64,000 nucleotides of DNA from Lama glama (GCA_028534125.1 CM052816.1:51090001-51154000), one strand, 5' to 3'. Counted from the first letter of the stretch, positions 13,287 to 25,679 are shown. The notes: a model not told the origin generated them from the sequence alone. Translations and numbers: made by a program.

Positions 13287-13381
13287 CTTACATTTTTCCT
13301 GGCAAGTATCTGATCCAAAGTTAGTGAAAATACCATACAGAAAGAAATTAGTGAAAAACTAAGCACGATTTTTCTTCCCAT
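13287..13381 (-). CDS. ATP6AP1L: ATP6AP1L putative first coding exon (signal peptide), 95 nt, ends in phase 2
   Basis: ATG at 13381 gives MGRKIVLSFSLISFCMVFSLTLDQILARKNV: basic N-region plus hydrophobic core, as expected for a type I membrane Ac45-family protein. Strong donor AG|gtgagt; phase matches the 7273 exon. Confidence 0.75.
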
Positions 13382-13889
13382 CAAGAAATAATCAGTTTCT
13401 TCAAACCAGGCACATCTGTTAATTCATAAATGCGAAAAGACAGAGGCAGTTCTTTTTATGCCTTGTGATTGACAATACATTCAACCAATAAAAAGAGAGC
13501 TTTCCCAGGACGTATTATGTGGGGAGGAGGATGCAAGGAGGGGTCTGATACTGCTTACTTTAGAATATAGAGTGAAGCCAATGGGTCTCTTTAGGTTGTC
13601 TGATTATTCATCTCAATGAAAGATTATTAGGGAGCAGGTTTTTACGAGAAAAATCTGTCAATTAAGCTCTTTTTGGAAATTGGCATTGTTTTGGTACTCT
13701 CTGAAGAATCTCATTGTGCTTTTTTAGGAAACTATTAAATTCTCCTAAAAAATCTATGAAGTATAAATCATTATATGCATATTTTTCAGGGGAATAAATA
13801 AGTAAAAATCTCTGAGACTTACCTAATTTTACACATGTGTCCTAATTCACAGTTTCCTACTGAATTCATGACTCTCCATTTGCTGAGGT

Positions 13890-14052
13890 GTGGAACGCAA
13901 TGGTAGAGGATACTGGCTTTGGAGACAGGGAGGATGTGTATTCCCAGCTCTAGCCCTTAATTGCTATCTGGTATTAGGCAAATTACTTTTCCTCATTTAC
14001 AGAGTGGGGACAAAAGTACTTAACTCAAAGAACTGTTGTGAAGATTAAATGA
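13890..14052 (+). mobile_element. MIR SINE
   Basis: ctggctttggagacag...ggcaaattacttttcctcatttac...gttgtgaagattaaatgaga. Confidence 0.7.
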
Positions 14053-14056
14053 GACC

Positions 14057-15705
14057 CTGAATAGCCAAATCCATCTTGAAAAAGAAGAACAAACCTGTAG
14101 GCATTACACTTCCTTATTTCAAAATACATTACAAAGATACAGTAATTAAAACAGTACAGTACTGGCACAAAGACAGACATATAGACCAAGAGGACAGAAT
14201 AGAGAGCCTAGAAATAAATCCATGTATATACTGTTAACTGATCAACAAGGGTACCAAGAACACATAATGGTGCTGGGAAAACTCAATGTCCACATGCAAA
14301 AGAATGAAACTGGACACTTGTCTCATACCATACACAAAAATCAACTCAAAATGGATTAAGACTTAAAACCTAAAAGAAAGCATAGGGAGACACCTTTGTG
14401 ACATTGGTCTCAGGGGAAATGAATTCATGAGTATGCTACCAGAGCACAGGCAATAAAGGCAAAAATGGATGTGGGACTATATCAAACTAAAAAGTTTCTG
14501 CACAGCAAAGGAAACAATCAAGAGTGAAAAGGCAACTTAAAGAATGAAGAGAGAATATCTGCAAAACATGTATCTGATACAGGGTGCAATTTCCAGATTA
14601 TATAAGGAACTTTTTGCAAATAATCCAATTTAAAAATGGGCTAATGACTTGAATAGACATTTCTCCAAAGAAGCCACAGAAATGGTCAACATGTATATGA
14701 AAAGGTTCTCAATGCAACTAATCATCAGGGAAATGCAAATCAAAACCACAAAGAGATATTACCTCACATCTGTCAGGATGGCTATTATCAAAAAAACAAG
14801 ACAAGTTTGGGAGTCCCTGGCACCTTACCTCCGCACTGTGGAATCTGGGTCACATCTCACAAGTTTTCCCTCCTCCACAGACTGACAGCTCCTGCCAACT
14901 AGGTGCCCCACACGGCTTTCTGGTCCTGTGGGGCCTCACTGCTCCCCTAGCCCTGAGACCTTGGGACCCTTCCTGCCTTTCCTCTGTGATGCTTTGACCC
15001 AGGGGACTTTCTGTTAAAAAAAAAAAAAGACAAGTATTGGCAAGAATGTGGAGAAATTGGAACACCTGTACACTGTCAGTGGGAATACAAAATGGTGCAG
15101 CTGCTATGGAAAACAACATGCAGATAGCTCAAAAAATTACAAATAGAACTACCATATAATCCACCAATCACATTTATGAATAATTATCTAAAAGAATTGA
15201 AATCAGGATCTCAAAGAGATATTAGCACTCTAATGTTCACTGCAGCACTATTCACTATAGCCAAGATATAGAAACAACCAAAGTGTCTGTGGATGGATGA
15301 GTGGGTAAAGAATATGTGACATACAACGAAATACTATTCAGCCTTAAAAAAAGTGAATTCTGCAATATGTGACAACATGGATGAAATCTGTGGACACTAT
15401 GCTAAGTGAAAGAAGTCAGTCATAAATACTACATGATTCCATTTACATGAGGTATGTAAAATAGGCAAATTCATAGAATCAGAGAGTGGAAAGGTGGTTG
15501 CCAGCGGCTGAGGGAGGAGAAAATGGGAGTTGCTAATCAAGTGGCATAAAGTTTCAGTTAAGCAAGATTAATAAATTCCAGAGATCTGCTGTACATGATT
15601 GTATCTATATTTAACAATACTGTAGCATACACTGAAAAATTAGTTAGAGTGGATCTCATGTTAACTGTTTTTACCACCATAAAATAAAAGTTTAAATAAA
15701 TAAAT
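14057..15705 (+). mobile_element. L1 (L1MA-like) ORF2 3' part and 3'UTR, interrupted at 14807-15035
   Basis: Continuous L1 text from atagccaaatccatcttgaaaaagaagaac to ttaccaccataaaataaaa; ORF track fragment MNRHFSKE...REMQIKTT is L1 ORF2p C-terminus. Confidence 0.9.
14807..15028 (+). other. Retroposed insertion of unidentified origin with poly(A) tail and target-site duplication
   Basis: GC-richer block ending in A13 (15016-15028), flanked by aagacaagt at 14798-14806 and 15027-15035; excising it restores contiguous L1 sequence. Confidence 0.75.
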
Positions 15706-16364
15706 AACATAGATGAAAGTCTTTCTTACTTCAATGCCTAGCTAAATAAAGAATATCTATTGTTATTCCTTCTTTGCCAGACTCTACTCCGACCCCTACA
15801 CCTGAAGAGCATTAAAAAAAAATTCCTAAAAGTTGTTTTATATAAAAACATACAATTAAAATGCTATAATAAAGAAAATCCTCCAAAATGAAAGTGTTAG
15901 TATTTTTCAAGAACCTCAATCTCTTCAATGGCAAAGTACCAGTAGCTGAAAGGGACTATTTGTAAGTGGCATTTCAGAGATGATGGATTGTAGGAAGCCT
16001 GGGGACTTGACCTTGATGAAACACTTCCCCTTCCTCACTGTGTACCTTGCACACATACCATCTTCTAACATGGTTCTAGGGAACCCTGTAGAAAATGAGA
16101 AAATAAAAGCACAATGACTGGGAGAAATAGGAGAAAACAAACATAAGGAAGAAAGTTACTAATAAAAATTGTTAAAAAAAAAAGTCTGTCCATTCCCATT
16201 CTTAACTCCTACTTTCCAGCATATTACCCTTTCCTCTCTGTTCTTTCATTTTACCCAACTTCCACCCCTCATCTCTACCTTTCTGTCCTCTTCCTGATTC
16301 TGCAGAATTTCAAGCAGCAAGACAAGAGGTCTTCAGGTCTGGACAAGAGGAGTTCAGTCTTGGG

Positions 16365-16555
16365 CAGCATTGCCAAATAGAATTCAGGACATTCAGTTAA
16401 ATGTGAACTTCAGATAAACAACAAATAATTTTATTAATAAGTATGTCCAACGCAGTATTTGGGACATACTATGCTAAAAAATCATTTGTTGTTTATCTGA
16501 AAACTATATTCCACTGGATATCTTGTATTTTTATTTAATAAATCTGGCAATCCTA
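16365..16555. mobile_element. MER53-like palindromic hAT MITE
   Basis: Long inverted arms ttcagataaacaacaaataattt...agtatgtcc / ggacatact...aaatcatttgttgtttatctgaa; ends ttgcca/tggcaa; 8-bp TSD gtcttggg (16357-16364) / gtcttagg (16556-16563). Confidence 0.85.
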
Positions 16556-16569
16556 GTCTTAGGGATTCT

Positions 16570-16732
16570 CTGCTACTCAAATTTTAACCTGTATACAAAT
16601 CACATGAGATTTTCTTAAAATGTAAATTCTGATTCAGTAGGTCTGGGTGGGGAATGGGCTTCTTTGTTTCTAACAAGCTTCCAGATGATGCTGACGCTGC
16701 TTGCCTGAGTACTCCCTGTGAGTAGTAAGGAT
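16570..16732. mobile_element. MER5-like hAT-Charlie MITE
   Basis: attctgattcagtaggtctgggtgggg...tttctaacaagcttccagatgatgctga. Confidence 0.75.
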
Positions 16733-16737
16733 CTAGA

Positions 16738-17050
16738 ACAGCACTGTTCAACAGAAATAACATAACAGCTAAATATGTAATTGTAAATTGTCTAGTAGCC
16801 ACATTAAAAGAACTGAAAATAAACAGGTGAAATTAGTTTTAATAATCTATTTTATTTAACCTAATATATCTAAAATATTATTTCAAACATAAGTATTTTT
16901 TTAATTATTAATATTTTACCTTCCTTTTCTGCCCTAAGTCTGAAACCTGATGTATAATTTACACTTATACATATCTCAATTCAGACTAACCAAAATTTCA
17001 AGTGCTCAGTAACCACATGTGGCTAGGGGCCACTGTACTGAACAGTGCAA
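16738..17050. mobile_element. MER33-like hAT-Charlie element
   Basis: Inverted ends gcactgttca / tgaacagtgc; internal tctagtagccacatt and ccacatgtggctag. Confidence 0.7.
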
Positions 17051-17544
17051 ATAAAGAATATCTCCTCCAGCTGCTCACAGTCTCCTATGCTAGCAGAAGT
17101 AGTATCTGATCACCCTGCTCCTCACACTCCTGATCAGGAGGAGGTGAGAGCTCAAGCCCATGATGATCTTGGACTGTAATCAAAATGGTTCTGTGAACAC
17201 TCTGAAACTATATTAATCCCTTAGTGTTTATCACATAAAACTCTTTTTTGGAGGTATGCTTCAGTTATATTTTCAGGCACACACACATATACAAAATTTT
17301 TTATTTAAATCAAGTATCATTTCAATATATTTTATGACTTGATGGTCTTAAATTTTTAATATAGTATTCCTTCTGCTGTTGAAATTTTCTCTCACTTGAA
17401 TAAGAATATTTAAGGCAGAATAATTAGTAGCTAGTAGGTTTCACACATGTATTTTAGAATAGAAGTCACACTTAAAATGTGATTGTCTGAGAACAGCTCA
17501 TCTTGTGACTTCGGAGGAGAAAAGCAATGACAAAAAATGCTAAT

Positions 17545-18010
17545 ATGATAGCTTGCAGGCTGCAAAGCACAGGGTATCACCTGCCTGGAATTGTACTTGC
17601 CTGCTCAGATGGCTGAAGGGTCTGTGTCCAAAACCATGAAGGTCTAAGATTTTAACCAACTTGTAAGCTAACGAGTTAGCCTGCCATGGTTTCATGGATG
17701 CTTCCAGAAGACAATACTCATGGACTGGAGACAAAGGACTTAGTTTATTATTCACCACATAGCAAGCACTACGAGCATCAGTCCACTTGTGTCACCTCCC
17801 CTAAAGCAATATGGGTGGGCCCAGATGGATGCTTGCACACACAGTGGATTTCATTTCAGGAGAGGGACCCTGAGTTTCCAAGACTATAAACAAACTTTCC
17901 CTTTGCTAAAGAGGAGGGCACTATTTCTACCTTTCTAGGCTATTGGCTATAGAAACATCCTAAAGATATTCCAGAACAAAGAGCAGTTAGTGACTTACAA
18001 GATAAACAGA
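17545..18010. mobile_element. ERV LTR-like fragment
   Basis: gagacaaaggacttagtttattattcac and ccagatggatgcttgcacac resemble old LTR text; family uncertain. Confidence 0.45.
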
Positions 18011-18369
18011 AAATGTAGAAGAGCATGAAAAATACCCTCTTAAAATTTTCCATGAGAGAACAGGAAGTTGTACATCCATGCCACCTTCTTTTCAACTGAA
18101 AATATTTTGGATTTGCTTCATCTTCTGATTTACTATACATTACTAAATGAAATGCTACCTGAAAATTTGAATATCAAAAATCTATCTTCCCATAATCATA
18201 TATGGCCATATGGAATTGAGTTCTTATGGGAAAAAAATGGATCTACATTAATTCTAATATTTACCTTAAGAAGCATCTGGCACATGTCAGATCACAGTCT
18301 CTATTCATCCAAGTGCTCTCAGACTGAAAATGACATTAGTCAAATATTCAAATTAATTACAGCAGTCTT

Positions 18370-18810
18370 TGCACACTGATTCAAATTCCAAATCCATGCA
18401 CCTCTTACAAAGCCTGCATGACCTGGCCCTTGCTGGTCTCTCTCAACTCATTTATGGCCGCCCTTCCCCACACCATGCTCCAGCACACTGGCTTGCACCC
18501 AGCTTCTCAACACCCTCCACTGCCAAGCTTTTTTGCACCTCAGTGACTCTGCACATGTTGTTCCCTCTGTGGGGATCACCTCATACCCCTTTGGCTCTCC
18601 CTGCCTTCTGTTCACTCTCATTATAACACACACCACAGTTTGTACTGAGGTATTTACTTTCTTGTTACTTATTTATGGTGCATTTCCTCACCAGAAGGTC
18701 TGCTCCATGAGGGCAGGGACAGTGTCTAATTAACTCAAGTACACCTAGAGCCCAAGATGCTGCTGGTCAAAGTCAGTGCTAAATAAAATGTACAGAATAA
18801 TGAATAAACT
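18370..18810. mobile_element. L2 3' fragment
   Basis: ctgcatgacctggccct...ctccatgagggcagggac...gtgctaaataaaatg. Confidence 0.65.
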
Positions 18811-19029
18811 TTTCAAAAAAGTCACATAATTAATTCCCACTTCATGTCACATGGTTGTGACTCCCAGGGCCTGAATATTTAGGCAACTGTAACCAGAAAA
18901 TCAACTAATTCAAGTATTTCATTGAATTCAGTAGCTTGAAAATGCAAATGGCCAAAAACCCGTTCTATCAGTTTACTAGCAAATTATCATAATATGTATG
19001 CACTTCTTGCTCCTTGTGGAGGAGTATGA

Positions 19030-19552
19030 CACAATCTGACTGGGCTATGAGGAGCCCAGATATTTGGATAAACATTATTCTGGGTATGTCTCTCAGGCAG
19101 TTTCTGAATGAGATGAACATCTGAATCGGTAGACTGAGTAAATCAGATTGCCCTTTCCAATGTTAGTGGTCCTCATCCAAACCACTGAAATTCCAAATAG
19201 AACAAAAAGGTGGAATGTGGGAGAGTAACAGCTCAGTGGTAGAGCACATGCTTAGCATGCACGAGGTCCTGGGTTTAATCCCCAGTACCTTCACTGACCA
19301 AAAAAAAAGGCAGAGTAAGGGAGATTTCACTTTCTCTACCTGTCTTGGAGCAAGGATATCAGTCTTCCTGCCTTCAGACTCTATAACTGAAACTATTACA
19401 CCCTCTCTTCTGGGTCTCCAGCTTGCTGACTGCAGATTTTGGAACTTCTCAGCCTCTATAACTGCATGAGCCAATTTCTTAATAAATCATATATTCATAT
19501 GCATATGAACCATATTCATATTGGTTTTCTCTGGAATATCCAGACTAATACA
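19030..19552 (+). mobile_element. MLT2-type ERVL LTR (contains a SINE insertion)
   Basis: cccagatatttggataaacattattctgggt...tagactgagtaaatcagattgccct...ccagcttgctgactgcagat...gactaataca. Confidence 0.8.
19217..19308 (+). mobile_element. tRNA(Ala)-derived SINE, camelid Vic-1-like, short form
   Basis: A box agctcagtggtagagc, anticodon-arm-like ttagcat, B-box-like gggtttaatccc, A-tail; sits inside MLT2. Confidence 0.8.
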
Positions 19553-22299
19553 GACTCTTTATCAAGTTCAGAGCCTAATTGCTCCCATGATTTCTACCAA
19601 TTTTCATCAAATTAACTTCTCAGTTGATTAGAATCAGGTTAGTAAATGAAATACTTTTAAATGCTTTGGATTTAAATGTTAATGTTTCTCACTTTAGATT
19701 CTCCATTGACTTTTTGGAACATGGATAAAATGTCAAATTAGTGGCACATGTTTTACATTCTCATTTTTCAAGCTAAACTGAAACAGGAGGCTTGCTCTTA
19801 CATAAGTCTGTCTATTAGACAAACATTGATTGTCATGTGCTAGATGCCAGGAATACACGGTAAAAAGATCTAGTTCTCGCCCCCAAGAAGCTCCCAGCCC
19901 AGCGACATGCAGAAATGTGAACACGTAATTGCTGGGGTAAACAATTTTGGGGGATGTTTCAATTAGCAAACCAGAGACCTTCTCTGAGATCAGCCCCACC
20001 TTCACTATAAGCAATGGCTGATTAGATGAGGCATAGAGAGAGGCTGCTATATAACAGAAAAGGAGACAAGAGATGAGTCATAACTCACTCTTGAAGAGTT
20101 GAAGCAGATTTCCAAGGGAAGAAAAGGCCTCCACTACTCAAAAATGCTTTCACCAGGCACCTGCAGAGTCCCCACCTCAACAGAGAAAGGAATCAGAGTT
20201 TTAATTCAGTAAAATAAAACTCATATTGAGGACATGTGCCATTTGATGTTGCCCTATAGTTTAGGCCACCATTTTTATAAGAGCAAAGTCGATTCTCTGA
20301 ATAAAAATTTAATGTTTTCGATCAGAGAAAAAATTACCTCTGTCCTTCATGAAGCTATATAAACCTAGAACCCTTCACTTCTTTTCTTCCTCCCTTCCTT
20401 TTTCTCATTCCTTCTTTTTCTCTCTTGTTCTTTTTTCTTTCAATTTATGGGAAAAAATACTGTTTTACTTTACAGTCTTTTAAGCAATAAAGCCTTAGTA
20501 ATATAAAATGCTCAAAATACTGCACATTTACTTTTATAGGAGTTTTATATTTATATATTGTAATAATTTACATATTATTACATTTAAACAATCTAGAAAT
20601 AATCCTGGTGAATCTTCATTTTACTGTGGAAAGCAAAGGCTGAGAGTGACACTGGCCATTCCCCATTACTAAGATTAACTAGTCCCCACTGAACTCAGAC
20701 AGCACAGATCTGACCCCACTACCAGATTCTTAAACCTCTCCAGGGAATGAGATTCTAAAGCTTAATGCTTCATTGAGTAACGAAAAATTTTTTTTCCTAG
20801 TAAGAAGAATTATCTTTCATTTCTTATAATTCAAAGATCCCTGTTGAAATAGAGACCAATTTTCTTTTGTTTGGTTCTCGGCCAAGTTAAAGAACACCTG
20901 GAGAATAACTTTTAATACGCAATTAACATAACTCCCTCCCAGGAACTTCACAAAGGGAATCAAAGAACATGTTAATTCCCCCTCGAACCTACGCAGAGGT
21001 TTAATTAAATAACACGATTTTAAAGATCAGGACTGTATATTAGTAAGATTATAGAGCAATACACATATTTCTTTAGTTCCACAGGATAGATATGAGAAGA
21101 AATAATCACTACACCAAAAAGTAGCTAGAATGAAAGGAGAAGAAATATCATTCATTTTGGATAAAGCAAAAGTTGTGTTTAATAATTTAATCAGGTAAAT
21201 GAAGCACTCAGCATTCATCACTAGTAATTATACAAAGCATGTAAGCATTGATTTTACTGCTTCTTCTTTCCCATTTAAACCTATTATTTTAACTTGTCAC
21301 ATTTCCATAGCAACTAATACCTCAATTTTTATAGGTAAAGCACTAGGAATAACTTCTAACCATTCTAAATGCTCCAGTATCAACTATCAACATTGTTAAA
21401 ATCCTTGGCCATTCTTCCCCAAAGTTAACTTCTCTCCCATACAGTACAAAGAATCAGCATCACCCTTGACCTAAATCTCCTTATCAACTGATCTAATTCA
21501 TGAAGATCAATTTTTCTTCTTAGTTGGGGGATGAGGGGGTGTCTCCAAGAGAAGTCAAGTAATAATACCCTTCTGCCCCACCTGAATGCTAAATCAACTG
21601 AGAAATAACCACAAGGGGTAAGACAAGCAGAGGCCCAAATACCACTTTTATGCCTATGAAAGGCCAGGGTGGAGGACAGAATTCAGTGCAGGAGCAAAAT
21701 GGATTGTAAGCGAGCCCCTCTCCTCAGAAGACAGGCATGGCAGCCTGTCACAGCAGCACTGGGCTCTCCAAGAGAAGAGGGGCCTGCCCAGAAGAAACCT
21801 GAGAAAACATGTGCCCCACGGGCAGGCTGGACTCCAAAAAGGAAAAAAGGAAGAGATGAACATGCCTAGACTATTTTTCCAATATTTACCACAGACGCCA
21901 CCTTTACTTGCCTGTCATGGAATGAATAAATTGGCAGAGAAATAAGGAGTTACACTAATGTAACTCCTTCTACTTGGAAGGAAATACTAGGAAAGAGAAA
22001 AATGTGTTCTCCTTCCTCCCCCTACTCCCCTGTCTGGTATTTCAACAACTACCAAATGGTATTCTTTAGTGACAGTCTATCAGGTTTCATATACCTCTAG
22101 GAACCATGGATATCAACTTATAAGAATACTTTCATCTTAACAACTACGCTCCTTAGTTTGGTGTTTTACTGGCTAGAAAATCATTGCCCAACAATTTTAT
22201 GCCTTATTTACTTAATATTTATTTACAAATTTTTTTAAACTCCTTAAAAATCAAAATTCTGATAACAAATCTGGAAACTAACAAACATGTTCTGGTTAA

Positions 22300-22440
22300 G
22301 CAATTTAACTTCTTCAAGTCTCAACTTACTCTTTGTGAAATGGGGATAATAACAGCACCTGCCACATAGGAGTTGTTCTGAGGGTTAAAAGAAATCATGC
22401 ATATGAAGTCCTAAGCCTGGCACCTAAATAGCACTCCATA
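22300..22440 (+). mobile_element. MIR SINE
   Basis: tgtgaaatggggataataacagcacctgccacataggagttgttctgagggttaaa. Confidence 0.7.
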
Positions 22441-23199
22441 CCTGATAGAGATGGTGGCGGTGTGATGATGATAATTATGATGTCACTGATTTTGCTCTTT
22501 CCAACATGACCTAACTCCAAATTATACCCTGAATCTTAAATCTCTCCATCTCCAATGCTACTACCTATGATCTCTCAATTGTTCTAATTTAACAGCCCTC
22601 TCCTTGGATAACCTAGGTCCTCTCCTGCCCCTCTATGATGCCCTTCTATAGCAGACATAGTGATATTTTTAAAATGTAAATCAGATCTTGTCACTCTTTC
22701 ACTTGAAGCCCTCCAATGGCTTCTCATCACACTCAAAATAAACCCAAATTCCTTATTCTGGCCTACAGGTTGGACATGAGCTGGTCCTGCCCATCCCTCC
22801 AACTTCACCGACCTCTATTTTCCCACTGGCTCACTATCTTTCAACCATGGAAGCTTTCTTTCTTTTCCTCTAATTCCTCAAGCTCATTTTTCTTTGGGGA
22901 CCCTTTTAGAAAGCTTAGGGCCTAGTGTTACAGGAAATTCTGTCTCCTTTCAGGCTCCAAATTAAGTAATAAGTTCTTTATCAGGAAGTAAAAATTTCAA
23001 AGCTCCAAAAACAAAAATTAAATCCTTAAAAAATTTTTTTCATAGCTATAGTAATCAAAACCCTTAGTTCATAACACACTCTGTCCATCAGTTCATGCTT
23101 TGTTTGTTTTTAATGATATAATAATTAAACCCAAAGTAAACCATAACCCAACATCCAACTATGATCCCCACTCTCTCCACATACTGTCACTATTATCCT

Positions 23200-24375
23200 G
23201 AATACAGGATACAGAAGACCTGACAGCACTATCAACCACCTTGGGCTAATTAACATTTATAATGCATTTTTCCCAACAACAGCAAAATATACTTTCTTTT
23301 TAAGTGTACATGAAGAATTCACCAAGAATGACTATATTCTGGGCCAAAAAGCAAACCTCAACACATTTTTAAAATACTGAAATCAAAAAAAGGATGTTCT
23401 TAGACCATAATGGAATTAAACTAGAAATGAATCATATAGCTATTTGGAAAAAAATCTCCAAATATTTGAATATTAAGTAACACAATTCTAAATAATCCAT
23501 GATTCAAAAAGGAAAAAAAATGGAAATTAGCAAATGTTTTGAATTGAATTAAAACTAAAATACAACATACCAAAACTCATGGTATACAGCTCTTAGAGGG
23601 ACAGTCGTACCATTAAATATATTAGGAAAGAACAAAGGTCTCAAATCAATGACCTAAGCTTCCACTTTAAGAAACTAATAAAAGAAGAACAAATTTAAAT
23701 CCAAAACAAACAGAAGAAAGTGAATAATAAAGATAATACCAGAAATCAATGAAATTGAAAACAGAAAAACAATAGAGAAAATCAGTGAAACCCAAAGCTG
23801 GTTCTTTGAAGAGATCAGTAAGATTAACAAACTTTTGGCTGACCAAGAAAAAAAGAGAAGACACAACTTATCAATATCAGGAACAAAAGATGAGACATCA
23901 CTCTATAGATATTAAGAAGATTAAAAAGGAATATTACAAACAACTTTATGCCCATAAATTTGACAACTTAGATAAAATGAAAAACTTCCTTGAAAGGCAC
24001 ACATTACCAAAGCTCACCCAAGAAGAAATAAATAACCTATATACTACTATATTTACAAAGAAATTGAATTCACAGTTAAAAACCTTCCAACAACAAATAT
24101 ATACAAACATATATGCAAAACAGAATGTCATAACAGCTTCACAAAACAATTTTGAAAAGTTAGATGGAATACACAAACTCAAAAAAATGACTTACCAGAT
24201 CTGGCTCAAGAAGAAATCGCAGTTCTCTGAAAGGTTCTGTAACTAATTAAAGAGATTTAGGCTGGGATTAATAATCTTCCCACAAAACAAACAAACAAAA
24301 ACACCAGCAGGCTCAGATGGTTTTATAGGATGTTTTACTAAGCTTTCAAGGAATAAATCATTCCAACTTTACGAC
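23200..24375 (+). mobile_element. L1 ORF2 fragment (endonuclease to linker region), degenerate
   Basis: ORF 23785-24246 includes KEYYKQLYAHKFDNLDKMKNFLERHTLPKLTQEEINNL, a hallmark ORF2p segment; multiple frameshifts. Confidence 0.9.
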
Positions 24376-25149
24376 CACTTCCTATGAATATCCACTTAGT
24401 TTCTAACTTGTCCTTTTGCTTTCTTTCAGGCATTTTTGTTGAACAGAAGTTCTTAATCTGGTCAAATTTATCATTCTTTTTCTTTAGAAATATCTTCCTT
24501 TCCCAAGTTCAAGAAGATATTCACCTTTGTTTTCTATTAAGAATTTAAAATTTTAATTGGTGACATTCAGGCTCTCAATATGTCTGGAGTTGATTTTTAT
24601 TTTCAGCCTGAGATGGTCATCCAATTTAATTTGGATAACCACTTTTTGTGCAGCTCCATGTGTTCAACAATCCTTCCTTTACACATTGATCTGACATCTA
24701 ATTCTGTCATTTAAATATTCTATACTCATATGAGTCTTTTGCTGAACTCTCTATGCATTAGTCAATTTATCTACTTCTGTACTAATGCTGCATTATCTTA
24801 CTTAGCTTCACAGAAATTTCTCCTGTCTGGTATGGTCAGGCCTTCAGAAGTGTTTTGCCTACCCCTGGCTCCTTATTTCTCCAGCTTCAGTCTCATGGTT
24901 CACTGTAATCCTTTCCTTGTAACTACTCTCAATTCTCTTGTCTTTCCTCTTTCACATTCACCTGACTAGATTCCACCTCCAGCCCTGTTAAAATCCAATT
25001 CTCTACCTATTCAGTCACTACACTGAATGAGTCTAAAGAAAATACACAAAATCATGCTAACTGATGTAACTGGATAACTAATTTCAAATGGGCCCTCAGA
25101 ACTGGTCAACAATCCTACATTCTCTTGTCAATCTTCCCACACTGCTAAA

Positions 25150-25545
25150 TTAGGAGACAAAACTCTTAATCCCCAATGTGATGGCATTAGTAGTAGAAGG
25201 GGAGACTTTGGGAGGTGATTAGATTGAGGGTGGTGCCCTCACGAATGAGATTAGTACTCTTAAAAAGAGATCTCAATACGTCAATTACATTTCAATAAAA
25301 CTGGAAAAAGACATATAAAAACAATTAAAAAAAAAAAAAGCAACCCCAAACCTCCTTGGTCCTTCTGCCATATGAGGTTATAGCAAAGTCTTTGAACCAG
25401 GAAGTGGGTTCTCACCAGACAACAAACCTGGCAGCACCTTGATTTTAAACTTTTCAGTTTCTAGAACTGTGAGAAATAAATTTGTTTTTTTTTATAAGCC
25501 ACCCATCTATGGTATTTTGTTATAGCAGCCTAAATGGACTAAGAC
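25150..25545 (+). mobile_element. MaLR LTR (MLT1-type) with a short A-tailed L1 3' tip inserted at about 25275-25340
   Basis: atccccaatgtgatggcattag...ctagaactgtgagaaataaattt...ttgttatagcagcctaaatggactaagac. Confidence 0.8.
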
Positions 25546-25679
25546 CCTATTCCTCAGTAAAGCAGAGATAATAAACGTATTTATCTTTTAGTGTTATGAG
25601 AATTAAGGCAGTTAATAAACGTAAGGCACTTAAAATAGTACGTGGCACATAGTAAGATTTAATGCTAACACTGCTATCA

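Noticed and set aside
23785..24246. Longest ORF in the track (153 aa)
   Set aside because: A frameshifted L1 ORF2 remnant, not a host gene.
24375..24800. Twin-priming inversion of the L1 at 23200-24375
   Set aside because: The antisense piece looks more degraded and no flanking TSD is visible; independent adjacent insertions are more likely.
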